Shown here one piece after another: positions 35,201-45,929 of a stretch of DNA of 64,000 nucleotides. This DNA is from Oikopleura dioica (Eukaryota > Animalia > Chordata). Below the pieces are notes generated by a model. It was not told the origin of the DNA. It searched no databases and saw only the letters and a program-made list of their open reading frames with translations. The stretch is from the NCBI GenBank assembly GCA_907165135.1, contig OU015568.1, forward strand, positions 13,826,001 to 13,890,000. The letters run 5' to 3'. The number at the start of each line of letters is the position of its first letter. Positions within the stretch are counted from its first letter, which is position 1. The translations under genes were made by a program, and so were the position numbers.

Positions 35201-38200
35201 ATCGAAAAAGAGCCACTGCGAAATCTTCGGTAAAATCAAAGCGGCGCTAAATTTGGAGTGCCCGGATAAGATTCTCGGACGAGAAGCCGAGTTTGAAGCG
35301 ATTAATGGATTCATTTCTGGCTGTTTGAAGAAAGAAGAGGGCAAATCGATGTACGTTTCCGGACAACCTGGCACGGGAAAGTCCGCTACAATCAATAATG
35401 TGATAAAAGAGCTTGGCTACGAACACACGGGTGAGAATTTGTTAATTATCGATCTATCCTTAATCTTTTAGACAATGATTAAATTTCGGTTAAAATATTT
35501 TTCAGTTTTTATCAACTGCATGGCGGTGGAAAAAGCAGATCAAATCTACACAAGTCTACTAGAAAAATTCAACTCAAAGATCGCCATTCCAAAAACTCTA
35601 CGATGGCAAAAGAAAAAATTCCACGATTTCGCAACTGATCCCTCCAAGCCGATGAAGCTGCTCGTCCTCGACGAGATGGACCAGCTCAGTTCGAAGAGCG
35701 AAACTGTTTTGTATGACTTGTTTGATTTGGCTGGCTCGAGTGGCTCGCGTTTGATACTGATCGGCATCGCCAACGGTTTGGACTTGCTCGATCGAGTCCT
35801 ACCAAATTTGAGCAGAAGGAATCACCCCAAACAGTACAACTTCGTTCCTTACACGGCGACGCAAATTTCCGATTTGGTAAAAGACAGACTCACGCCAGAA
35901 ATGCTTACGAAACTTGAACCGACCTCAATCCTCATGTGTGCAAAAAGGTAAAGCTAATCACTCAATCTCAAAATCTAAAAAACTCCAAAGAATATCAGCT
36001 TTGGCTGGTGACGCTAGAAAAGCACTAGACGTACTCCGCGGAGCTGTTGAACTCGCTGGCCGGGAGCAAGCATCGAAAATTACAATTATGCACGTCAACA
36101 ATGTTCTGAACAAAACATATACAGATCGAAGCACTGAAGATGTTCCCTTACAGCAACAACTAATTATCATCTCGTTAATCTTGCTAGCTAGAGAGGTACT
36201 TATCTTTAATAATATGCAATCACTGAATGTGTTCATAGGAGAAACCTCAAAATACGATGGCCATATTGCTGAAAAAATACAAAACAGTTTCCGAGAAAGC
36301 TAAATTGCCGAAAGTCGAGGACAACGAAATAAAAGATATTATCGATCTTATGATTCAATCTGCGCTGGTAACAAAATATCAACCGGCGGGGCGAAAGTTG
36401 CCTAAATACAGCCTTTCGATGGATGAAGAAACCGCTGCTAGAAAAATTGCGAAAAAGTCTCTCATAGCTTTGCTGTCATAATTAAAATATAGAATGCTCA
36501 TTTACTGCCCACTACTCAATAAATTTTCAAGCCACGGAAACATACCTCCTCATCGACAACTTGTTCGCGCACTGGCAGATTGTTAGCACTTCGTATTGAA
36601 ACAATGATCTTTGGCACTTGATCAACACCGGCTGTTGGGGCTTTCGTTCGATCTCGTCTATCCGGTCTCAGAGGTCTCCTAGCCTCGAAGAACTTCCCGA
36701 AGTTTCCGATCAATTGTCCGAGCTCCGGTAGAGGATCTTCTCGTATCACATCGCTGTAGCTTAAAATTCGGTTGCAGGCACGAAGTCTTTCCATGACAAG
36801 AGCACGTGTTCTGTTGCGCTGACGCTGAATTATCTCTCTATTAAACGGTTCAAGCTTTTATTCTTCGTTGCTATCAACCACAAAAACAATTTAACTCAAA
36901 CAAGAACCTATCCTGTGATCGAGTCCAGAAGTATCTTGGTCCATTTCTCCCATGATTCGATCTTCGTAAGACTGGATCTCTGAGTCCTTGATTTCATGAT
37001 CTCTTAGAGGAATCATCTTCCGTCCCATGAACTCGGCCACATCATCAGCACGTAATTTCAAGACTCGCAATCGTTTCGAACTTTCTAGTGCTTCAGAGGG
37101 AGCGAAATAGCCCTCAGATAAGAACGGATTGAGAACGAAACCGGAGAAGGTCTGACCACCAGTTGTGTTGCCTACAGGCACGAAGTCAGGATCATTTGGG
37201 TCGTCGATTGCTGTTTGATCTTCGAGGTGAAAGCCGGGATCGTAAATGTCTCGTTGTCTGTGCGACTGAGTGAAGACAGACGGAAGTTGAGTGGGAACAA
37301 GAAGCGCGCCAGTTTGAGGATCCTTACCCCACCAGCTGAGGTAGACGACGCGCCCACCAATTAACGGATTATTGTCAAATATTGCTACGTTCTCGGCGGG
37401 ATAATTTGATGTCACAGAACTCGTTGGAATCTGGAAGATGACCTCTCCGATGTAAGTGTTGCTAATCATGCTATATTCGTAGATCTGGCACTTGAAAGAC
37501 TTCGGGATCTCCGCTGTCCGGACACGGAGAGGGTCTTGCGCAGGCAAACGGAACTGAGTATCCAATGCAAGTTTTTCGGACACGAAGAACTCTTTTGAGT
37601 TGAAATAGTATTTGAGGATATATCTTGCTTTTCGCGCGTTTTCTCTCCGAGATTTCTCCGTCTTGTTGACCATCGAGTCTGGACTTTCCAAAAGACTTCC
37701 TTGGATATCCAGATCGAGGCTTTGAACAGGCTGTCCAGGTCCTCTTCTTGATTCTCGGCTGCGTTGCTCGATCTTCTCGCGCTCTGTCGGCTCGTTGAAT
37801 GGAGCCGGCTTCTTTGGCTTTTTCTTTTCATCAATATCAGTTTCATCTCCATCTCCTCCTGAACTGGCTCTCAGTTCATTTTTGTATCGACGATACTCGG
37901 CCATTTCATGCTCATATTGAAGCATTCGGTCTTCAAATCGAGCGGCTTCTTCTTCAAGCTCGTCCTCAATATCTCTGTTCCAAATTTCTGCATCATTGTC
38001 TGGAGCTGGAGTCGAGTAAATGATAAGTTTTGAGCGTGTCGAGTTGTAACCAAGACCCTCACGAATAGAAACAAGTCTGTCCCATTCTTCGAGGACCTCC
38101 ACCATCGCTGCTTTTATCCTGAATCGTTCAAGATATAGTGTTTCTCGAAGCTCAATCACTGTCTTCAAATCACTTGAGACTGTATTTCGTGATGGCGAGT

Positions 38201-39380
38201 CTTGCAAGCCCTGAAATTGCAGATTTTGTTGCCGCTTCATTTGCCAATTGTATCTGTATTCTTGGAGCGATTCTGCCACTTTGGAGCTCTCGTGACGCTT
38301 GACTGCGTTAACATAGTTTTCAAATTTCTTGATAAGATTCATCTCGATCTTGTGTTCTTCGGACATCAAAGTATGTGACAGAAAACGAAGCTCGGTTAAA
38401 TTTACGCACAGTTCGTAACAAGGAGTTTCTTCGCCAACAAATGTTTGTGCTTCTTCAAAGGGGTCTGTTGATTTGGCAACATTTTCTGGCTTCATCAAAT
38501 TGTCGAAGTCTGTTGAGTGATTCAATACCTTCCAGCTTCGGACAGGGTAGCTGTAGACGAGATCTTTCAAATGAGGAACAGTTGAGTTCGTAAGCCAGTT
38601 GTCCCGCATCAGACGAGCTTGAAGATTGGAGCTCATCTCGGGCTCATCCCCAACGAAAAGTCCATCTGCTTCTCGTTGAGCTTTTTCAGCCTGAATCGCA
38701 GCCCTGTCAACAAGTGCCTCCTGACCGGGGATAACGTAGAGATTAGCTGCTTGCTCCGCAAGAACCCTATCCGACCACGATGTGTAGTACACTTCTGCCG
38801 ACTTGATAAGCGGTCGTGGAATATTCAATTCTTCTTCAAGTAGCGGTAAATTATCTAGATTAGGGTCGGACAGCGTTGTTTCCACAATAGCCTCTGGATC
38901 AACATATTCTTGCTCTTTAGGTTCTTGTTGGGCAGGCTGTTCTTGAGCAGATGCTAGTGTTTCTTCGCTATCAGCCTCGAAAACTGTACAGTGGAAGAAA
39001 CGGTCTTGCTCAAGCGCAGATACCATGTCAGCATTCTGATCGGCAATGCCCATATTGGAAATAATCGTCTGTAATTTTTTCCGACGCTTAAAATATCATG
39101 AGGCTTGTTGGTAAAATAAAGCGAATACCTCAAGTGCAGCTTTAACTTTGGCCTCCTGGTCAGCATCAGCAATTGCATATTGCATGTCATTCTGAGTGTT
39201 TTGCTTCTGAAGCCTTCTCCGCAATCTCTCTTCGTTAACATTACGCCTTGTAGAATTCTTTACGCGAGGTCTTACATTGTTCTGTCTACGCGATGTGGAG
39301 CCACGTGACGAAGGGCGTGTGCTCGAAAGCGTCTCTGATAACGTCAGCGACTCGCCAACTAGGGGTATCGAGGCACTCAT
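32248..39380 (-). CDS. CC2D2A: Coiled-coil and C2 domain protein 2A (MKS6), multi-exon; hosts CDC6 in one intron
   Basis: C2 strand VSIRSANNLPVR..KPFVSVSF..GGNPSWNEQIEL; FLCRFISPL; ARYVAMIPY; DLW; GDDEEHALLL; VVGFPLHLP; C-terminal EFAVAVSVRPYPAAVHSLWVY. Confidence 0.92.
34828..36481 (+). CDS. CDC6: Replication licensing AAA+ ATPase CDC6, nested antisense in a CC2D2A intron
   Basis: N-terminal CDK sites (SPKK, SP, TP), Cy-like KRNLFDD, Walker A VSGQPGTGKS, Walker B LLVLDEMDQL, LIGIANGLDL, GDARKALD, winged-helix tail. Confidence 0.93.
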
Positions 39381-39467
39381 CTTTACATTTATCTAAATGA
39401 AGCCAAACTGATTATTTTATATAAAACTTTATTGACAAAAATAGATAAATAGTTAAAGATTCGGGAA

Positions 39468-40053
39468 TTATTCAGCAATTGATGTTCTTGCAAGCTCAGA
39501 TCCAGGTCTTGGGGATTGTTTTGCTGAGTTGTTGCTGCAAAGCGAAGAGGACGATCGAGCGCCCTTGAGAAGAGTTTTTGTTTTCACCTCAATGACTTCC
39601 GTTTCGTCGTCCAAGAGGAGTGGTGACATGGGACGACTCTCACCCTGATCGGCTCCGTTAAGAAGGTTCTTCTCTTTTGATAGTTTTCTCATGATCCCGA
39701 TGTTGTCGTCTATGAAATCAATTTCACAAAGTTCTCAATTTTCATGTTAACTCACCTAAATCAGAGTTGTAGTTGTCAGTGATAAGCGATTCTGTCTTGA
39801 TTTTCATGAGCTGAGGCGAAACCGGCGACTCAGGGTTGCTTCCATTTCTGGGTGAGTTTGGCTCTTCGCTCATCCCGCGAATTTTTGTCAATAAAACCGT
39901 AAACAGAAACGCTTGTTGCCTGAAAAATATTTCTAGAAAAATAAAAGATGGCAACCCTACTTTTTCAAATTCAGGGAACTGGTGGCATCGTTGTGTCTGT
40001 GCGTTTAAATCCGATGATGAGAAACCCGACGATAAGTGGGAGAAAGATCCCAT
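39468..40053 (-). CDS. Uncharacterised Ser/Pro-rich protein; 5' end uncertain, may extend to ~40260
   Basis: Spliceable open segments MGSFSHLSSGF.., MSEEPNSPRNGSNPESPVSP.., MSPLLLDDETEV..; stop 87 nt before the CC2D2A ATG. Confidence 0.5.
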
Positions 40054-40614
40054 ATCGATTTGCTCGGCTCATTTCCCCAGACTCGCTTTGAAGGACGCGT
40101 GAAGAATACAGCTCGATTACAAAGAGCATGACAATAAAACACATCTCGAAGGTCAGGTTGACTTGAATCAAGCGTTTTTGAGCAACTGATGCGCTAAAAT
40201 TAACTTTATTTAGGTCAAGCATAAGCGCTATATTACTCTCGACAGCCGAAGTATGCACGCATGAAACAATTTATCTGATGCGTGGCTTGAATTGCGTTGG
40301 CAATATAAAGTGGGTAGAATATAAAATGTTTGGAGTCCGCAAAGTATTCGAATTCAACCTAAAATCGATCAATAACAGGGACCTGAGAAAATTCTTACCA
40401 TGAGATAGATCATAACAGAAAATCCCAAGAACCCGCAAAGTTGAATGATAACGTCGAAGCACTTTATGTGACACATATGAATTAATTTGATAGAATCCAA
40501 CAATACCATTCTATTAATCTGAAATATTTATCTAACTAAGATTGAAAAAATAACTTTATTTAGAAAATATAGAGGGAACTATTCGGAGAAAGAATAAATG
40601 AATATAATGAATGT

Positions 40615-43600
40615 CTACAAATTAAGAAGCATCAAAATCTTGCAAAGCTTGTAAATCGTGAAATTTTGCTCAGTGAATTCGAGATCGCCATGATCAGCGA
40701 CTTGAGCCATTGTTGGTAGGATTTTACATCCTGATCGTGGAACAGAGAAATCTGGGGTAAACGCAGCCGCTTCCCGAGCAACCTTTTGCTTCCACTCTTC
40801 TGTGGCCGCTTCGAATGAAGCCATAGCTTCTGCGAAGCCTTCTTCTTCTTCCTTGATTTCAGGTTTTTCGGGAGAAGGAGGTTGAATGTAATTTTTCTCA
40901 GCAATGAATATTTTTTCGCTAAATGATTATTTAAAATCTACTTTTAAATTTGAATGCTTACCCTGTGATCACACAGAGTTCGCCATTGAGATCAACAACG
41001 ATAGTATTTGCTTCTTGATCCTGATTGAACTCGGAGTCTTTGATAGAGCTTTTTCCACTGGCGTGAGCCATGTTCAAGTATGCGTTCTCAAGAACCTCAT
41101 CATTTTTGTCAAGGAACTCGAGAACTTGCTTGCTTTCCTCCACAGGTAAGATGTGCAGACTTTTCGTTCGTAGATCTGAAACGAGCTCACGCAGCTCTTG
41201 AAACTCCTCGTTCACAAAATTATCTAATCAGGTTTAGGAAGGAGCTTACTCGGTATATTACCGTTGATCTTGAGTCGGAGCTGTCCATCAGATTTGATCG
41301 AAAAAACATGGGGTACGGAGTTTTGAATAATCGTTAAATCAATATGTTCGCCAACGGGTCTAATGATCCAGCTATCGAAGACATTTCCGTCGTTGAATCT
41401 TTTTTGGAAACATTGGAAAACGCCAAGTGATTTTGTCGAAAAAGTAACAAGCCCGTTCTCGACGTTTCGAATTTTGATCCCTTCAGAGGACCACTTTTCT
41501 CCAGTCCATCGTAGCAAAGAAAAATATCTCGGGCAATCGGAAACTGGAAGAGTAATCTCGAACGCTTCATCTTCCTCTCGAAGATGTTCGAGAACTTTAT
41601 AGTCTGAAGAAACAAGCCATTCTCCAAGCATTTTCGGGCTTGGTGGAAGGCCGAGGTATTCGATTCGCCAGACGCCGCCAAAGCCAACCTTTCCTTTTGT
41701 TTCATCTTCTTCAACAGGATCAACTTCAGAAAGAGGAGGCGCAGACGGCGGTCGAGCATCATCGAGACTGCTGTGGTTACTTTCTACCTCAGACTTATCT
41801 CCAACTTCTTTCGTATTTCCTTCCACATCTAAATTTGCTGGTGCTTCACCAGTCTGGGAAGCGTTTTCGTCTTCTTCGACCTTCTCGGGTTCTGGTTCAG
41901 GCTCGGCAATCAACTCTTTTGCGTAAGATCTTTGGAATGTAGGAAACTTGACGGTGTACTTATCATCCGCACTCCAAATGAGCCTCAAAGCGATGTCCTC
42001 GGTCGCATGTTCCTTTTTCAGTTCTATTTTAATATCCCGCGGAGCTTCGATCTGTCGCTTTCGTGGGTTCTTGAGAATATTCGCCCAGATGTAGATTCGA
42101 AAATCCTCCATTTCGTAGCTCTCTTCAAAGTCAGCGGTTGAATCCAGAAACTTTTCATGTTGAGAAAGGAGATTTATTGAAAATCTATCAGCAAGATTTG
42201 CCATCATTGAGTTTAATTCATCAGTTGCCTGCTGATAGACGTCAATGTTGCTTTCGTAGTCGAGCGACAGATGCAACATCTCATTTTTTAGGCGATTTAC
42301 TTTCGTGCGGGTTGCACTCAACTGCTCCCAGCTTGTTTCCTTCTCACTCTGATGCATGAGAAAGGAGGCGATTTCTTGCCTGGAATTCGTGTCTGGCAGC
42401 CCAGATTGGTCCATGTAGCGGTCCCAGCTCTGCTGTTGTTGACGAGCTACCGTGCGACTTTCCGCCTTTCTTAGCGCGTCATTGAATTTCTCAAGCAATC
42501 CATTGGTACACTCAACGCGGATAGACTCGAATTCCGTATTCAGACCTTCCAGTATTTGTTGTTTCTTTGCTAAAGTTAAGATCGATGAATAAGTTAGCGT
42601 TTTACCTCTTCTTCTTTTCTACGAGCTTCGGCAGCTTCTAGCTCTGCTTTTAATCGAGCTTCGGCCTGAGCAGCCTCTTCCTCTAACTGTTTTTTGGTTT
42701 TCCTTTTGCCTCCCCGCTTGGAGCTAGGTTCAACAAAATCGCCCGAAACCAAGATCGGGTTTTATCGGGTTTTAGGAGGCCGGGTTTTGTTGGATCGGGT
42801 TTTGTTGGATTTTATCGGGTTTTTGTCGGGTCCGAAATCGGGTTTTTATCGGGTTTTTTGTCGGATTTTTGTCGGGTTTCCTACAAGCAAAAATTAAAAA
42901 AAGCAAGTCAAAAGAAGGTCAATAACTTATCTTGAGCAGATTTTTTCAACAATTTTCGAGGATCATTAATAATATTATTTAGAATGTTCATTTTCCCATT
43001 GTGCATCTCCTTATACAATAAAAACGCCTCGTCTAAAACCGTATTATTAGTAATACGGTAGAATATAGAATAAATAATCCAAACCCTCTTTATATGTTTA
43101 GAAAGCTTGGACCTTGCTGAGTTGCAGTTTAGGGGGTTAGGCCTTGCCGAGGTCACATGATTTTAAATAACCCATGGGGTTGAAAATAGTGGGAGTTAAC
43201 CTAAAAGACTGTTCTGCTAAGGCCTTCAAGCTCAGGCGTTCTCTGAAATTCTGCCCTCGAAATGGATCGCTAATTGCCAGGGACCTCGCTGAATTTCATT
43301 CTCTCAATCGCCAGAAGATTATCTTTGGTAAGATTAATGTAAATGTCCTCTAGAGCTCGTTCTCTGCCTTTCCCGGTTTTGGAGGCAGTTCTCATCTATT
43401 TCGAGTGCTTTTTGAGTAAAAAAGGGCAAGGGAGGCTATTTAGACCGACTGTGATTGGCTGAAAAGGCAAGAAAAACCCGACGAAATTCCGACAAAATCC
43501 GACAAAAACCCGATCCTACGTCGGGTTTTTGAAATTTTCAGGATCGGGTTTTGTAGGGTGAAAAAAAACCCGACAAAACCCGATAAATATCCGATCCGAT

Positions 43601-43673
43601 ATCGGGTTTTCCGGGCATCGGATTTCGATTTGTTGAACCTAGGCTTGGAGCCTGCACTAGATGGCGGGGCCAT
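40615..43673 (-). CDS. DNAI7: Axonemal dynein intermediate chain 7 / CASC1 (CFAP94); first exon interrupted by a TIR element
   Basis: Basic/Glu-rich N-terminus (GGKRKTKKQLEEEAAQAEARLKAE), SWDRYMDQSGLPD (CASC1 N-domain W..Y..C.G.PD pattern), IYIWANILKNPR, VGFGGVWRIEYLGLPP. Confidence 0.78.
42724..43642. mobile_element. 919-bp non-autonomous TIR element with 8-bp TSD (hAT-like) and subterminal ATCGGGTTTT repeat arrays, inserted in DNAI7 coding exon 1
   Basis: GCTTGGAG at 42716-42723 and 43643-43650; TIR CTAGGTTCAACAAA(A)TCG at both ends; inverted arrays of TCGGGTTTT / AAAACCCGA; no transposase ORF. Confidence 0.92.
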
Positions 43674-43819
43674 TCTTTAACGAACAATCATAAGAATATA
43701 ATATTCATATCATATTTACAGAAATCGTTAAAAAATATTCTAAAACTTGAAGACATCAATAGAGGGTAAGTAGTTGAAGGTAGATTAAACTAGAGGCAGT
43801 TGTTGATGGAATCGCACTC

Positions 43820-45788
43820 TCAGAACATTTTCGAGAGCCCGTTTTTCATAGAATTGTCGCGTTCTGCCATTGCTTTTTGAAGTTTGCGCAGCTCAGCGGT
43901 GACCTTGGACTTCATCGACGGTTCGATTTTGACCAAATGATCGAGGTCGGCTTTGGCGCCGTCGATCTAAAGAAGCCGAGTAAGGGAATTTGTTGATTAC
44001 GCGGCAAAACCGACGGTCGATTCACCCTTATCGCAGTCCGCCTCCGAAGAGCGACGTCAATCAGTAGAGAGCTTCTTTCACTCCGCCTCACTTTATCAAA
44101 AATCAACCCAAGAGCAAAACAGAATTAAGAAAATGAATGCCACGGACGCTTTGCCGGTAACAGAGATAAAATTATCGTTAACTTAAATTTTAGCTATCCA
44201 CACCGATTCGAGCCGGCCCTAGACCCTTGATGGAAGACGAAAGTATTTTGGACTACGCAGCTTTAATTATCATTGCAGTCCCAATCTTCCTGATCGCTTT
44301 GATTCCCTTGCTGATCGTTATTTACACTGGGAAATGCTGTCTAAAGTATGCTGGTAGACCGCAAAAAGAACATAAAATTCTGAACGAAAGCGTGCTTGAA
44401 GGTAAATTTTTATTGCATGATTATTCGCTCATTGAAAATCAGAATCGATCGCGGCAAAATCTCGGTGTGGAATGGCGATTCCAAACCCATATATTATGCA
44501 CGGTTGGTAAAAGCATTAAATTTGTGAAAGATAAAAAAACATAGCGAACCCGTACTACCCAACTTTTGAACATCGACTTGGCGACCCACGTCCCCACGCA
44601 CCCTCGCTTGCATCTTACTTCCAGCGAACAATGACCGGTGCTCAATGTCAACATGACACGGCTACAATCATCGAAGGTATTTGTATTCAGAACGAGCAAA
44701 ATAACTTTCATTTTTAGAGGACGAAAAAGTTGATGAAATCAACAATGAGCCAGAAGTTCTTAGCACCGCTCCTAACGCCTCTCAACCACCAATATCTCGA
44801 AAACAATCTCTTGAGATTTCCGATATTTAGAAAAATAAATAAAATACCTCCATGAGTTGAACTCGCGATCTTCCTCGTCGCCAGACTGCCTTTGAGTTTT
44901 CAGGGTCAATTTCTAGTGCTTCTGTGGCGCGACGCTCTGCTTCCCGCCATCTGCTCAAGCGAATAAGGCATTCAGACAAGTTACTTAGATTCTTGACTTT
45001 TTCTGATAGCAAGTTGTCACGTTCTTTTCCAGCAGAAAGAAGTAAATCTTGAAAAGATATGATATCATAAATTTGCATGAAAGACGCGTACCAAGACACT
45101 TCAGCGCTTTTTCATAATTCTCGCCAGCAGCATGGTAATTTCCCGCTTTGAAAAGGTCGTTTCCTACTTGCTTGAATTTAGGATAAGCTTCTTTCTGTTC
45201 CTCTTTGTTCATCGCCCATACTTCTTTTTCGTGGTTATCAGAGCCTTTGACACCCTTAAAATGTAGCTTGAAGTTTTCCTTCTTTAGACCCAACTTACGA
45301 TTAACGTGAACTCAAAAGTGAGTTCTTCTGGATTCTTGATCAGGGTTTGAATCACATCTCCGTCATTTTCCCCATGAGAATGGCCATGTGCATTTACCAT
45401 CGATCCCATACAGCCACCAACTTTTCGCCCCTCTTTCATATCACGCAGGGCTTTCGAAACAGAAGTATATTGAATACAATCGTTGATGTCGGAAGATGCA
45501 AAACGGGCGGTTTCTCCAACTTGCATCGTTCTCAGCCAGGGATCCCAACGTTCGACCTTGAAGCTTTTGCCGAGAAGCATCTGAAAAACGCCGGGAGGGT
45601 CCATCTTTGAGCAGAGGTCAGCTGAATCATCCAACACCTCCCCAGTATCTCTAAACAATATTCAATAATCTACTTTATTTATAGCATCACTACCTAAATA
45701 CACGAAACTTAAAAGTCGCTTCTACCGCGTCGTCCCAAAGAACTGCCGGCTTCGCACCCGTCCCTTTTTGAATAACAGACTTGTCCAT
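43820..45788 (-). CDS. AIP: Aryl-hydrocarbon-receptor-interacting protein (FKBP-like + TPR); last intron hosts another gene
   Basis: VLDDS..LLGKSFKVERWDPWLRTMQVGE, KQVGNDLFKAGNY, NLSECLIRL..ALEIDPENSKAVWRRGRS; final exon IDGAKADLDHLVKIEPSMKSKVTAELRKL..SKMF* at 43820-43966. Confidence 0.9.
44133..44830 (+). CDS. Uncharacterised single-pass membrane protein (5 exons), nested antisense in AIP intron
   Basis: MNATDALP|LSTPIRAGPRPLMEDESILDYAALIIIAVPIFLIALIPLLIVIYTGKCC..; four GT-AG introns keep one frame to ..KQSLEISDI*. Confidence 0.7.
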
Positions 45789-45929
45789 TATCCGACTACC
45801 GACTACTCTAAAACCGATCACACTCAATTAAACGAAAGATATGAACAAAGGGGTATGAGAATATATGAAATTATATTATAATAAATAGAGACAGTAAGTA
45901 AACTCTTCAAAGCCTTCATAAAGCGGCAA

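Noticed and set aside
42694-43673. ORFs 42694-42897, 42908-43156 and most of 43440-43673 as a transposase or genes
   Set aside because: They derive from TCGGGTTTT subterminal repeats and AT-rich filler; no DDE or BED motifs. Only the first ~11 codons of the last ORF belong to DNAI7.
44827-44847. AIP ending at ..VFYLFF*
   Set aside because: This is intron read-through; a well-matching AIP C-terminal exon exists at 43820-43966.
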